Of a DNA stretch of 64,000 nt, positions 22,570 to 34,588 are shown one piece after another. Position 1 is the first letter of the stretch; each line of letters begins with the position of its first letter. Origin of the DNA: Octopus sinensis (lineage: Eukaryota); the NCBI RefSeq assembly GCF_006345805.1, contig NC_043005.1, positions 34,596,001 through 34,660,000 on the forward strand, given 5' to 3'. Position numbers and translations under genes: made by a program. A model generated the notes under the pieces. That model was not told the origin of the DNA. It did no database searches and worked only from the letters and a program-made list of their open reading frames with translations.

Positions 22570-23770
22570 GGAAGAATGGAAAGAACCATCCAAACGTGGC
22601 CGTAGCCAGTTCCGCATCGACCGGCCTCCGTGCTGTGGGCACGTAACAAACACCATCCGATCATGGCCGTTCGCCAGCCTCATCTGGCACCTGTGTCGGT
22701 GGCACATAAAAACACCTTCCGAAGACCCGGCAAGACTAGTCAGTCCACCTGTGCATACCTTCCTTCTTGTGACACTTGTGAAGACTGGTTGAGGCAAGTG
22801 AAAATCAAATCAAATCAAAATAGACAAAATAGATGAACATCAATGGAATTTGTATCTTGTGGTACCAGTGCCTGTGGTACCAGTGCCTGTGCACACAGGA
22901 AATCCATCAGTGCCGTAGTCAGTGCGGTGGGCACATGACAAACAGCCTCATCTAGCACCTGTGTCGGTGGCACATAAAAACACCATCCGAAGACCCGGCA
23001 AGACTAGTCAGGCCATAACCCATGGCCCCTACCTGGGACGTAGTCAGTCCACCTGTGCATACCTTCCTTCTTGTGACACTTGTGAAGACCTGTTGAGACA
23101 AGTGAAAATCAAAACAAATCAAAATAGATGAACATCAATGGAATTTGTATCTTTGTGGTACCAGTGCCGGTGGCACGTGGCACATAAGAAAACCATCCGA
23201 ACGTGGCCGTAGCCAGTACCGCATCGACTGGCCTCCGTGCTGTGGACACGTAACAAGCACCATCCGATCGTGACCGTTTGCCAGCCTCATCTGGCACCTG
23301 TGTCAGTGGCACATAAAAACACCATCCGAGCGTGGCCGTCTGCCAGCCTCGTCTGGCACCTGTGTCGGTGGCACATACGTCTGGCACCTGTGTCGGTGGC
23401 ACATAAAAACACCATCCGAGCGTGGCCGTCTGCCAGCCTCGTCTGGCACCTGTGTCGGTGGCACATAAAAACACCATCCGAGCGTGGCCGTCTGCCAGCC
23501 TCGTCTGGCACCTGTGTCGGTGGCACATAAAAAACACCATCCGAGCGTGGCCGTCTGCCAGCCTCGTCTGGCACCTGTGTCGGTGGCACATAAAATCACC
23601 CACTACACTCTCGGAGTGGTTGGCGTTAGGAAGGGCATCCAGCTGTAGAAACACTGCCAGATCTGACTGGACTGGTGCAGCTTTCGGGCTCCCCAGACCC
23701 CAGTTGAACCGTCCAACCCATGCTAGCATGGAAAGCGGACGTTAAATGATGATGATGATGATGATGATGA
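22570..23770 (+). mobile_element. Composite, internally duplicated RTE 3' UTR with about five 62-bp units and a (GAT)n tail
   Basis: The block gaagacccggcaagactagtcag...aatcaaaatagatgaacatcaatggaatttgtatc occurs twice (22720-22860 and 22990-23155). 62-bp units span 23285-23600 and the tail ends at 23770. Confidence 0.88.
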
Positions 23771-24022
23771 TTTCGAGCCTATGCTCTTCAACATAAAAGG
23801 ATTGAGAAGAAAAAAATGGAGAGAGAAAAAAATGTGTAGGGATCACATTATACTTTTTCCTTAAAGTTGGCTAGAACTTTCCAATAACAAAATAAACCTT
23901 TTACCAGTAAAAGGGCTTTTGATCCTGCCCAAAACGAATTTCTTTTATTTGTTGTGAACAACTAATAGATAAGAACTGTTAGACTATCAAGAAGAATACT
24001 TTGTAACATTTCTTCCAACTTT

Positions 24023-24238
24023 AAGGCAGCAAGCTGGCAGAATCACTAGCATGCTGGGCAAAATGCTCAACAATATTTCATCCATTTTAACATTCTGAGC
24101 TCAAATTCCACTGAAGTTGACTTTGCCTTTTATCCTTTTGGGGTAAATAAGATAAAGTTGAGATCTGGGGTCAATGTAATCAAGCTGCCCACTTCCCTGA
24201 AATTGCTGGCTTTGTACCAAAATTTAAAACCAATATTT
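24023..24238 (+). mobile_element. tRNA-derived SINE (family B)
   Basis: Contains aaggcagcaagctggcagaatc...gagctcaaattccactgaagttgactttgcc...ggggtcaatgtaatc...ggctttgtaccaaaattt. Confidence 0.75.
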
Positions 24239-25213
24239 CTTCCAACTCATTACACTCTGAAGTCAAAATCTGTGAAGATCAACTTTGTATCAGCATAGGC
24301 ATGGCAGTGCAGTTAAGAAACTCGCTGTGCAACCACTTGTTTTCAGGTGCAGTCGCATTACAACTGGTGTTGGTTTGTTTACATCCCTGTAACTTAGCAG
24401 TTCAACAAAAGAATAAGTGCCAAACTTAAAAATAAGTACTGGAGTGGATTTGTTCAATGAAACCTGTCAAGGCTGTGCCCCAGCATGGCCACAGTCCTAT
24501 GACTGAAACAAGTAAAAGGAAAAAAGACATCTGAAACATTTTGTTTTTCTTTAATGGAGTTTCTTATGTCATTTGTATTTCTTAAAACCATTTACAGTAA
24601 TGGAATGGCAAAACCATTAGAGCACCAGACAAAATGCATTGCAGTATTTGTTCTACCTCTTTAAGTTCTTTAAATTAGAAAAATTTTCACCCTATTGAGC
24701 CAAGTACTAGGATTTTGTATAATTGACAGACCTGCACCCACTCCAAATTTGTGGCCTTGCACTATGTTAGAAATGTTTATCAAAGTGTCACATTCAAGAG
24801 TTCTCTTCATTTTCCATCCACCCCTCTTTGTAATGAAGCCACTTCTATTGTTCTAAAGGGTTGTCAGTTGTAATAATCCAAACATGTCAAATTGTACAAA
24901 CAGAAACTGTGGTTACTTCCTGTTATAAACAATACATTCCTCAAACACAGCCATAATGACAACACTTGTCTTTAAAGATATTCAACTATATACCAAAACC
25001 ATTACAACCATTATAAGAAAATGAGTGGTTATTGCTTTCTTCTTTCCATTCTCTTTCATATACAATGATATGTGTTGAATTCATGCAAGAACTTTTCATC
25101 AAAGATTAATGTATATTTAACTGTCTCTGAGAGATGCTTTGAATAGTAAGATAAAGAATGTTAGAGTAATTAAGAAATCAAACTAGCCTAAGCTTTGAAC
25201 ACTGCACTGTTTC

Positions 25214-26052
25214 ATCATCATCATAATCATCATCATTTAATATCCATTGTCCACGCTGCCATGGGTTGGACCAGGGCTGGCAAGATGGAAGGGTGTACCA
25301 GTCTCCCATCTGATTTGGCATGGTTTCTATGGCTGAATGCCCTTCCTAATGCCAACCACTCTGAAAGTGTAATGGGTGTTTTTATGTGCCACTGGCAGAG
25401 GTACCATTTGCATGACACCGATACCTGCCATGACTGCGGCTTTGCTCAGCTTGATGGGTCTTCTTCTCAAGCATGACATAATGTCAAAACTCTCAGTTTT
25501 GAGGCCCAACACTCAAAAGGTACTCAGCCACTTTGCTTCCGTGAAGCCCAATGCCCAACGCTCACAAGGAACTTAGCCACTTTGCTCCCATGAGGCCCAA
25601 CACTTGAAAGGTTCTCTTTATGCACAACCAGAATGGGTGCCAGTTACATGACACCAGCATCAGTCACGACTACAATTTCACTTGACTTGACGGGTCTTCT
25701 TTAGCATAGCATATCGCCAAAGGTCTCAGTCACTGGTCATTGCCTCTGTGTGGCTCAAAGTTCACAGATCATGCTTCACCAACTTGTCCCATGTCTTCCT
25801 GGGTCCACCTCTACCACAGGTTCCCTCCACAGTTAGAGGTTGACACTTTTTACACAACTGTCAACATCCATATGCATCACATGACCATACCAACACAATC
25901 GTCTCTCTTGTACACCATATCTGATGCCTCTTTTGCCTAACTTTTCTCTCAAGATGCTTACACTCTGTCGAACATGCACACTTACATAGTACATCCAGTG
26001 AAGTATACTGGCTTCATTTCTTTCAAGCTTATGTATGTCCTCGGCTGTCACA
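25214..26052 (-). mobile_element. 5'-truncated RTE LINE with 42-bp UTR repeats
   Basis: (CAT)n tail. ORF 25833..26051 (MTAEDIHKLERNEAS...RRLCWYGHVMHMD) is the RTE ORF2 C-terminus. Confidence 0.85.
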
Positions 26053-26141
26053 TTAATGAGTATCTCATCAGTTACATAATGCTCACACTACCTCCAGTGG
26101 TAAGCTGCACCAAATCAGATTATTTATCTCTGACAGTTTAA

Positions 26142-27232
26142 CTCCTTCCCTGGTGACTTTTTTTTAAGAAAACATTTCATTTTCAGACGAATTTTTTTAT
26201 TGCTTTTTTAAATTAGTATTTTTAATGCGGATTATGGAAATAACTTTTTTTTTTATCTATTCCCAATATTTTATTTGAAATTTTATTTTGAAGATACCAT
26301 TTGCAGCAAAAATGAGATAATTCTTCTTCCCATATTTTAAAATATTTTATTTATTGTTTTTTTTTCCTAACTTTATCATCAAAAGTAAAAAGGAATTACA
26401 TATTTATTTTGCTCCTTTTTTAGCATGTCTTCTCAAAAATCTTTTTTTATATATATATATTTACTTTTTTTCAATTTTCATAACTAAAAGTAAATGTAAA
26501 TAAAATACTGTACTTATTTTATCTTTTATTTTACCTCCCCTTCTCATACATCTTACTTTCTATGGCATTTTACGAATGACTATTTGGTATGGTATTTTTC
26601 AAAGCATGGTACTACATATAAAGGTACATTACAGAGTTTACACATATCTTGTGACTCCTTCCTCACTGGTTTCCTTCTATGGTCATGTTTCAGACAACAC
26701 ACAGCACATTTTCTTGCTGGATTTGTCTTCTTTTCTGTTGCTGGGACTTCCGTTGGAAAATGTCTTGGTGTAAAATGTGAACATCTTGGTGAAGTCAAAG
26801 GTCTCCTCATAAATCTGTTCCATATTTGTGATACCTCATATAATCTGCATATGAAATTTCAGGTGTGTGAGAGCTTTTTTCCTGTCCAGACTTGTTTCTT
26901 CGTGTTAGCCACCACAACCTTGTTTAGGCTTAGCAGCCCTTCCTGTTTGTTTTCACTGTCCTGTCTTTGTTACCAATCTTGACCCTCCGCAAGATCACAA
27001 ATTTTATTTAATTTGCTTTGTGGGAGCAACTGTTTTATCGAAGGCATATCATGTTGTAAATTGCTCGAAATAGAGATTAGAAAAACAGCCGACAATTGAA
27101 GAAGGGTCGTTCCTTGTGTTGCTTGTCTTGTTTTCCAATTTTTTCTTTCGTTGTTTGCTAAAAAAGCCCTTATTCCATGTTCTCGTACTTCGTATATTTT
27201 GCTGTTTATGTTTTGTAATGTCCTGTGCTCAC
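26142..27232 (-). mobile_element. piggyBac (PGBD4-like) transposon 3' part
   Basis: ORF 26580..26810 encodes the C-terminal Cys-rich domain HF...PATEKKTNPARKCAVC...RKES..MCKLCNVPL.VVPCFEKYHT. A candidate end, TTAA|CTCCTTCCCTGG, lies at 26138-26142. Confidence 0.75.
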
Positions 27233-27289
27233 ATATGCATATGAATATACGTACACATGTAAGTATGTATGTATACATATGTATATTCA

Positions 27290-28020
27290 TCATCATCATC
27301 ATCGTTTAACGTCTGCTTTCCATGCTAGCATGGGTTGGACGGTTCAACTGGGGTCTGGGAAACCAAAATGCTGCACCAGGTCCAGTCTGATCTGGCAGTG
27401 TTTCTACAGTTGGATGCCCTTCCTAACGCCAACCACTCCGTGAGTGTAGAGGGTGCTTTTTATGTGCAAACGGCCACGATCGGATAGTGCTTTTTACGTG
27501 CCACTGGCACAGAGACCAGACGAAGCTGGCAACGGCCACGATCGGATGGTGCTTTTTACGTGCCACCAGCATGGAGGTCGGTCAGGGTGGTGCTGGCTAC
27601 GGTCATGTTCGGATGGTTCTCTTACGTGCCAGCGGCACTGGTATCACAGCTACAAATTCCATTGATGTTGATCGATTTTGATTTTCACTTGCTTCAACAG
27701 GTCTTCACAAGTAGAGTTTTGTGTCCCAAGAAGGAAAGGAATGCATAAGTAGGCTGGCTACATCCCAGGTAGAGGCCACGGGATTATGGCCTCACTTGTT
27801 CTGCCGGGTCTTCTCACACACAGCATACTTCCAAAGGTCTCGGTCTCTAGTCATTTCCTCGGTGAGACCTAAAGTTCGAAGGTCGTGCTTCACCACCTTG
27901 TCCCAGGTTTTGATGGGTCTACCTCTTCCACAGGTTCCCTCAACCGCTAGGGTGTGGCAATTTTTCACACAACTATCTTCATCCATTCTTGCCACATGAC
28001 CATACCAGCGCAAATGTCTC
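27290..28020 (-). mobile_element. 5'-truncated RTE LINE, copy 1 of a tandem pair
   Basis: ORF 27792..28013 reads RWYGHVARMDEDSCVKNCHTLAVEGTCGRGRPIKTWD. The (CAT)n tail is at 27290. Confidence 0.88.
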
Positions 28021-28054
28021 TATATATACATACACATATGTATGTATGTATATC

Positions 28055-28767
28055 ATCAACATCATCATCGTTTAACGTCCGCTTTCCATGTTAGCATGGG
28101 TTGGACGGTTCAGCTGGGGTCTGAGAAGCCCAAAGGCTGCACCAGGCCAGTCAGATCTGGCAGTCTTTCTACAGCTGGATGCCCTTTAACACCAACCACT
28201 CCGTGAGTGTAGTGGGTGCTTTTTTTGTGCCACCGACACAGGTGCCAGACGAGGCTGGCGAATGGCCACGCTCGGATGGTGTTTTTTTATGTGCCACGGA
28301 CACAGGTGCCAAATGAGGCTAGCAAACGGCGATGCTCGGATGGTGTTTTTTACGTGCCACCAGAACTGGTACCACAAAGATTCAAATTCCATTGATGTTC
28401 ATCGATTTTGATCTGATTTGATTTGATTTTCACTTGCCTCAACAGGTCTTCACAAGTAGAGTTATGTGTCCCAAGAAGGAAGGTATGCACAGGTGGACTG
28501 ACTACGTCCCAGGTAGGGGCCATGGGTTATGGCCTCATGTGTCCTGCCGGGTCTTCTCGCGCACAGCATACTTCCAAAGGTCTCAGTCTCTGGTCATTTC
28601 CTCGATGAGACCTAAAGCGCGATGGTCGTTCTTCACCACCTCGTCCCAGGTTTTCCTGGGTCTACCTCTTCCACAGGTTCTCTCAACCGCTAGGGTGTGG
28701 CACTTTTTCACACAACTATCTTCATCTATTCTTACTACATGTCCATACCAGCGTAGACGCCTCTCTA
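28055..28767 (-). mobile_element. 5'-truncated RTE LINE, copy 2 of a tandem pair
   Basis: ORF 28583..28816 reads ERRLRWYGHVVRIDEDSCVKKCHTLAVERTCGRGRPRKTWDE. The (CAT)n tail is at 28055. Confidence 0.88.
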
Positions 28768-29339
28768 TATATACACACACACATGTATATGTATATATAT
28801 ATATACACATATGCATGTGTACATATAAAGGGCAGCCAGCTGTCTCTCACTAATGAATATGGATTTGGTAGCTGCGTATGTACGCGTGTGTGCATGTCTG
28901 TATGCATGTATGGGGGGATGGGGCGATGTATTTTTCATTATCCTCACTCCATTTCCTTCTTTTAAGCAACAATGTCCAATGATATACTATTGATGACACC
29001 TAACGACAGTAAAACAAAGTGAAACTGATACAAGATACTTAGACAATTTAGAGTTAACCACTTAGATGGTTCAGCCACTGTGTTCATAAATTCCTGTTGT
29101 TGTTTGTGTTGGTGCTTTAGGCCTAAGCCATGTAGCAGACTTGTGATCAAAAGTAATTCAGCCATGAACATCCTATATGTATATGTATGTGTGTGTATGT
29201 ATGTCTGTGTGTGTGTAGGTATATACACACACACATATAAATATATACATATATATATTATCCAATGTCTCCTGGCAGAGTTGTTAGAGCAGGGAATATA
29301 ATGACTTGTATTTGTTTTGACTCTGCACACTGAGTTCAA

Positions 29340-30155
29340 ATCACTGCTGTAATCGTTTTGCTTGGATCCAAAAAGCTGTGATGGATGATGCCGGTCGCAG
29401 ACCACCAAACAGTCACCATGACCTTCTTTTGGTGCAACTTTGGCTTCGGGAAGTGCTGTGGAGCTTCATCGGCATCCAACCACTGAGCTGAGTGTCGCCG
29501 GTTGTCATAAAAGAATCCACTTTTCATCGCAAGTCACAATCCAGTCGAGAAACGGGTCATTCTTGTTGTGTAAAAGAAGAGAAAACGACACTTCAAAACG
29601 GCGTTCTTTTGGTTGATGTTCAATTCATGTGGCACCCATTTCTCAAGTATTTTTGTTTTTCCTATCTCTTTCAAGTGGTTGGAAATTGCTGTATACGTTA
29701 TGACTAATTCAGAAGTAAGCTCTCAAACAGTTGTGCGTGGATTGACTTCCACTAAGGCTCTTAGTTGATCGTTGTCACATCCGATGGCCAACCACTATGC
29801 TTATCATCTTTAAGACCCTCATCACCGCTACAAAATTTCTTGTGCTGTACATTCATTAGTGGTTCCTGGGCCAAATGTATCATTGATATCACGAGCTGTT
29901 TCAGCAGCTTTTCGGCCTAGCTTAAGCTGGAATAAAAAAATTGTGCGTATTTGCTTTTTGTCCATGTTGTATTCAACATTCCAGAAAAAATGGCCTAATT
30001 ATTCAAAAAGAAAAAAAAGTAACATGATTAGATAGAACGAAAAACAGGCTTTAAAATTATATATAAAGTCAAAGTAATTTAACGAAAATTCATTTGAAAA
30101 TACATAATTTAAAACCAAAATTTAAAATTCTGCAAGAACTTTCTTGACAACCTAA
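29340..30155 (-). mobile_element. Mariner transposon, 3'-truncated pseudogene
   Basis: TA|TTAGGTTGTCAAGAAAGTT TIR at 30157-30135 and ATG at 29965 (MDKKQIRTIF). Contains KWVPHEL and YDNRRHSAQWLD..EAP.HFPKPKLHQKKVMVTVWWS. Confidence 0.88.
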
Positions 30156-30157
30156 TA

Positions 30158-33100
30158 CTTTACCAGAGTTCATTTACCTGCTGGTTCGGTACAGCCTGTA
30201 ATTCAAAATGTATTTTTTGAATGTTTACTTTTACGAAACCTCCTTATTTTAACCATTTAATGAACCAGCTTTCCCCATTGAAATATTAAAAACCTAACGT
30301 GTGAAATGAGATGTAACAAAAAAAAAAAAAATAAAATAAAATTGTTTAAAGTCTCATCTTTCTTGCTTTTGATGAGGCAAACTGATTGATTATATCTTCA
30401 AAATCAGTTTCGTTTGTCTCTTCATTTTCAATGCTCAGAAGGGCAAGGTCATGCATGCCATCCTGTGACACTGATGTCTGCAAATAAGATAGGATTAACT
30501 TCAACTTGCTGAACAATCTTTTGCAGCTTGCAATAGATACAGCTATTGTGAGCAATATCTGAAGGCCAATGTACAAATTTGGAAAAACATTGTTATCTCT
30601 ATACTGAACAATGAATTCCAGGAGTTTTCCTGGTTTCATTATTGCAGATTTTGTTTGAGTAGAGAGCAATGCCTGGCAATCCATTATTTCCTCAAAAAGT
30701 TGTTTGCCATCAATGTTGCTACAGTAATGAGAAGCCAATAAATCACATTTTGATTGAAGGCCAACTTTGTCAGGATGTGTTTTGATTAGCAAGAGAGTGG
30801 ATATTGAGGAGGAACCCAAACTTGGCATCGATAACATTAAAATGGACAAAGATTGAAGACAGTGAAGAACAGCATTCATAATGGTTGTCCATCTTATTGG
30901 TTGATGCTAACTTTACATCATCATCATCATCAAGAAGTAGTCACTTTTGTCTCCCTTGATGCTTTTTGATTTCTATGTTCCACTTTTGACAAAGATCAAT
31001 GCCTTCTTCTAGTGATTGGTGGATAACAATATGCCTGTCTTTTAAAACCTGCTGTTTAAGGGCTTTGAGATCATCTGCAGCATCTCAGAAATTCATTTCA
31101 GGATCTTGCAACCACTGTTGAACGTGATCGATGTGAGCAAGAATCCCGTTTCAAAATCCAATCAATACCAAAAAATTAAAAGTTAATATTCAGTTAAGAA
31201 GATTGACAGCATCACAGCACATATTGGCTGTCTCATCATCATTATCCATCAAATGTTCATTGAGGAAGTTCGCAACAGTCTTTATGGCATCTGTTCTTGC
31301 ACTCTCCCTTGTGTCTGATGGAGACCCAAAGCTGTGTTGATCGAGAAAAAAATGCAAAAAGCGAATCAATAACATTAAAAAACAAAATGACAGGTATATC
31401 ATTGTTTGCTGCATTCAAGCCAACAAGACTCAGTGAATGTTTGTCACAATTCACAAATAAAATTTTACTATTCAATTCCTCAATTCTGTGTTGAACACCG
31501 ATTATATTCCTGGCCATAACTGCAGCATTGTTATAGCACCGTGACTTGCAGTCAGTCAACACTCAGCCATTGTTATCTAATTCATTCAAAATTACCTTAA
31601 CCAAACTGGCGGTGTCCTTTTGGCTAATTTGGGAGAAGCCTGGGAACAACTCTCAAACACGAACTGCCTTTTTTTCAAAATCATTGTTGACATATTGCAT
31701 GACTTGTGACATTTGTTCTCTATGGGCTTGATCATGAGTTGTGTTAATCATCAAAGTGAAGTAACATGCTTTTTGAATGCATCGAAACAAGAGTTTTTTT
31801 ACACTGACAGCTAAGATATGGACAAATGTGTTTTGAACGGATGGTGAAAGATAAGATGTAGATCCAGGTGGCTTTCTACATGATTGAAAAATTCTCTTGT
31901 GATGGGGTTGAATGTGGCCAAAAGTTTTAACGACTCATCTTTTAACTGAAGTGACTTCTGTGTCCTTGCAATGTGAGGTTGTGTGTTGCAAGACATTTGA
32001 TACAATGAAGAACTTTTGTCAAGATACTACTCCATCTCTGTCTTTCACCTTCAATTACTTATCGTAGCTTAGCATTGATTAGTCCCTTCTTCTCAACTAA
32101 AATTCTTTTTCCATTGAGTGAAACTATCACGATGATTTGGCAAATTCTCATGGAGAGGTATTGTTTCTGGTTTCTTCCATTGGTAAAATCCACATTCTTT
32201 TTCTAATGAGGACTGCAGATCGGACTGCAAAAAAAGTAGACATCAGATGCAAAATGCTGCCTTCTTTGAGGGTGAGTAAAGGAGCCATGAGCATAGTATT
32301 TCCTCACCGCTGCCATTTCCTACCTTTCTCCTAAACCATGTCTTGTTCATTGCTCAGTTGTTCATTGGTAAAAAAGGGCTGTCCGAATTCTGAAAGAACT
32401 TCCAACTTTTGTGCAATACTTGCACTCTCAATGCATCAGAAATAATTGAAGTTCAATAAAGATTGAACTTCAGAAGTCCAATCTTGTGTTTTTCAATGAC
32501 TTCAAGAATTCCAGTTAGCTCATTTTCTGTCATAAATGTGTATTTCATTACCTTCTCATTGTCATCGTCATCACCATCATCATCACAAACATCAGAACTG
32601 CCTTCTCACTTTTTTTGTCAACTGCGACATTTGTCCGACTTTCTTTGGACTTGAGGAAACATGACTTGGGCTCATCGTCTTCCAATGAAATTGCACATGC
32701 TTCAGTTTCAGTGGCAAGATTTTCACAAGCTTCAACTGACATCTGTGAAATTGTTGAATGACTTGATTCCTTGTTGCCAAAACAATGAATAAGGGTCTTG
32801 CTTCAAAGCTTCGTCAGTCTCCCACTTCTGCCTTTTCCTTCCTTCAGCTTCACTTTCTTTTTTCGGGAAAGCACACTTCATGTTCTTGTGGCAAACAAGT
32901 AAACATTGTAAACGTTGTACAAAGAAAAGAGTAAACCTTAATGTAGTTGTAATTAGAAATAGAAAACGAATTACTCTGCTTTAAAGCTTATAGAAGAAAT
33001 TGTATTGTAGAACCCAGTTGAACTGTTCTACTGCTTGTAGTATTGTTTTGTTGAAGTATCTCAAATATCCAAGGATAGAAATGGGACAACCACTTTTGAA

Positions 33101-33630
33101 TAATCTTATTGGCAGTCACACGTCTGCTTGGGGTAGGAAGCCAAAGTCTTTATTAACAACATAACAAACCATTTAGAGTATGTACACTGGAAGTTGCAAG
33201 CTATGCAGAAATGGAAAATCAATTTACACTGTTAAGATAAAAAAAACGAACTATTTTTAGAACCACAAAGAATGATTAACAGTTAAATGAATAAATGACA
33301 GTTAAGTAAATTTAACATAGAATGTTTACCACCACACTTAATTTTATACCTTGAGTTCTGCAGTATGAGTAGTAGGCAAGGCAAAAATATGTGGATTTCA
33401 CTCAAGCCTTTTCTGAAGCCCTTTGTAAAAATGTCCAGATATGAATGTAGACAGCCATCATACTGAGTTTACCTTCAATAACAGCATAAAATGATAAGCA
33501 GCAGATCCATCTTTACAATTGCAATGTTATAAATGAAGTTCAAGCTTATCGTATTATGGTCAATTCTGCACTCTGCTTCAATCAGCACCTGAGACATGTG
33601 CCTCCTTTGCCCCCACTAGTTATGCTACTG
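30158..33630 (-). mobile_element. hAT transposon (ZMYM1-like transposase), decayed
   Basis: The 5' end CAGTAGCATAACTAGTGGGGGCAAAGGAGGCACATG at 33630 is typical of GC-rich hAT termini. The 3' side is cut by the mariner insertion at TA 30156-30157. Confidence 0.8.
30346..32881 (-). pseudogene. hAT transposase pseudogene
   Basis: Fragments include YFTLMINTTHDQAHREQMSQVMQYV, DCKSRCYNNAAVMA...LFVNCDKHSLSL, and the C-terminal dimerisation domain FPNLYIGLQILLTIAVSIASCKRLFSKLKLILSYLQTSVSQ..LALLSIE. There are multiple stops and frameshifts. Confidence 0.88.
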
Positions 33631-33675
33631 ATATATATATATGTACATATATATATATATACACACACATACATA

Positions 33676-34588
33676 CAGTATTTCACAGAAGTATGTACAC
33701 CCTTAAAAAATTTCAGTAAAATTGCCATTACTCTGATGATATCAAAGGTAATCAAATGAAATTTATACTGACTTGGAACACAAAACAATAAACATTTTCA
33801 AAGATATGAACGGAATATTAATTTTCCACGTAAAAAGCACCCACTACACTCGCGGAGTGGTTGGCGTTAGGAAGGGCATCCAGCTGTAGAAACACTGCCA
33901 GATCAGACTGGAGCCTGGGCAGTCCCTGCTCCCCAGACCCCGGTCAAACCGTCCAACCCGTGCTAGCGCGGAAAACGGACGTTAAACGATGATGATGATG
34001 ATGATGAAACACTACAAAATTATGTACATCCTAAAGGATTATTTGCTTTATATTCAATAATTGGTGTGATCACCCTTGTTTTCAATGACTCCATTCAGTC
34101 TTCTGGGCATAGAGTTGACTAAATTTCCACATATAACCAATGAAATCGACCTCCATTCATCCTGAATGATGTCTTTCAAATGTGTTACATTATGGGGTCG
34201 TTTCTCCTCAACTTCCTTTTCAAAACACCTCACAGATATTCTATTGGGTTTCAACTTTCCTTTTCAAAACACCCCACAGATATTCTATTGGGTTTCAACT
34301 TTCCTTTTCAAAACACCTCACATATTCTATTGGGTTTAAATCAGGTGACATGGTAGGCCAAGGCAACACCTTTACCTTTTGATCTGATAAAAACTTAGTC
34401 ATCATCTTTGAAGTGTGTTTAGGGTCATTATCATGTTAGAACATGGAATGTCTTCCTATTTCCTTGATACTTTTCAACACTGTTTTCTGCAATATGTCAC
34501 AATAAAGCCTTGAATCCATTGTTCTCTCAAGATACATGAGTCCTCCCACACCAGCTGCACTTGTGCATCCCCAAAGCATAACACCTCC
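33676..34588 (-). mobile_element. Tc1-family transposon, 3' half
   Basis: TA|CAGTATTTCACAGAAGTATGTACACCCC TIR at 33674. Encodes VMLWGC...[11 protein letters not shown]...[12 protein letters not shown]...SMPRRLNGVIENKGDHTNY*. Confidence 0.88.
33828..34006 (+). mobile_element. Short RTE tail insertion inside the Tc1 right end
   Basis: Contains aaaaagcacccactacactcgcggagtggttggcgttaggaagggc...gttaaac(gat)n. It is CpG-rich, so probably young. Confidence 0.9.

Noticed and set aside
23237-23745. 62-bp array as a CRISPR-like locus, and the overlapping 97-206-aa repetitive ORFs as genes
   Set aside because: The units are contiguous near-identical tandem repeats with no unique spacers and no cas genes. 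The ORFs are stop-poor translations of an RTE 3' UTR (same for 3687..4245).
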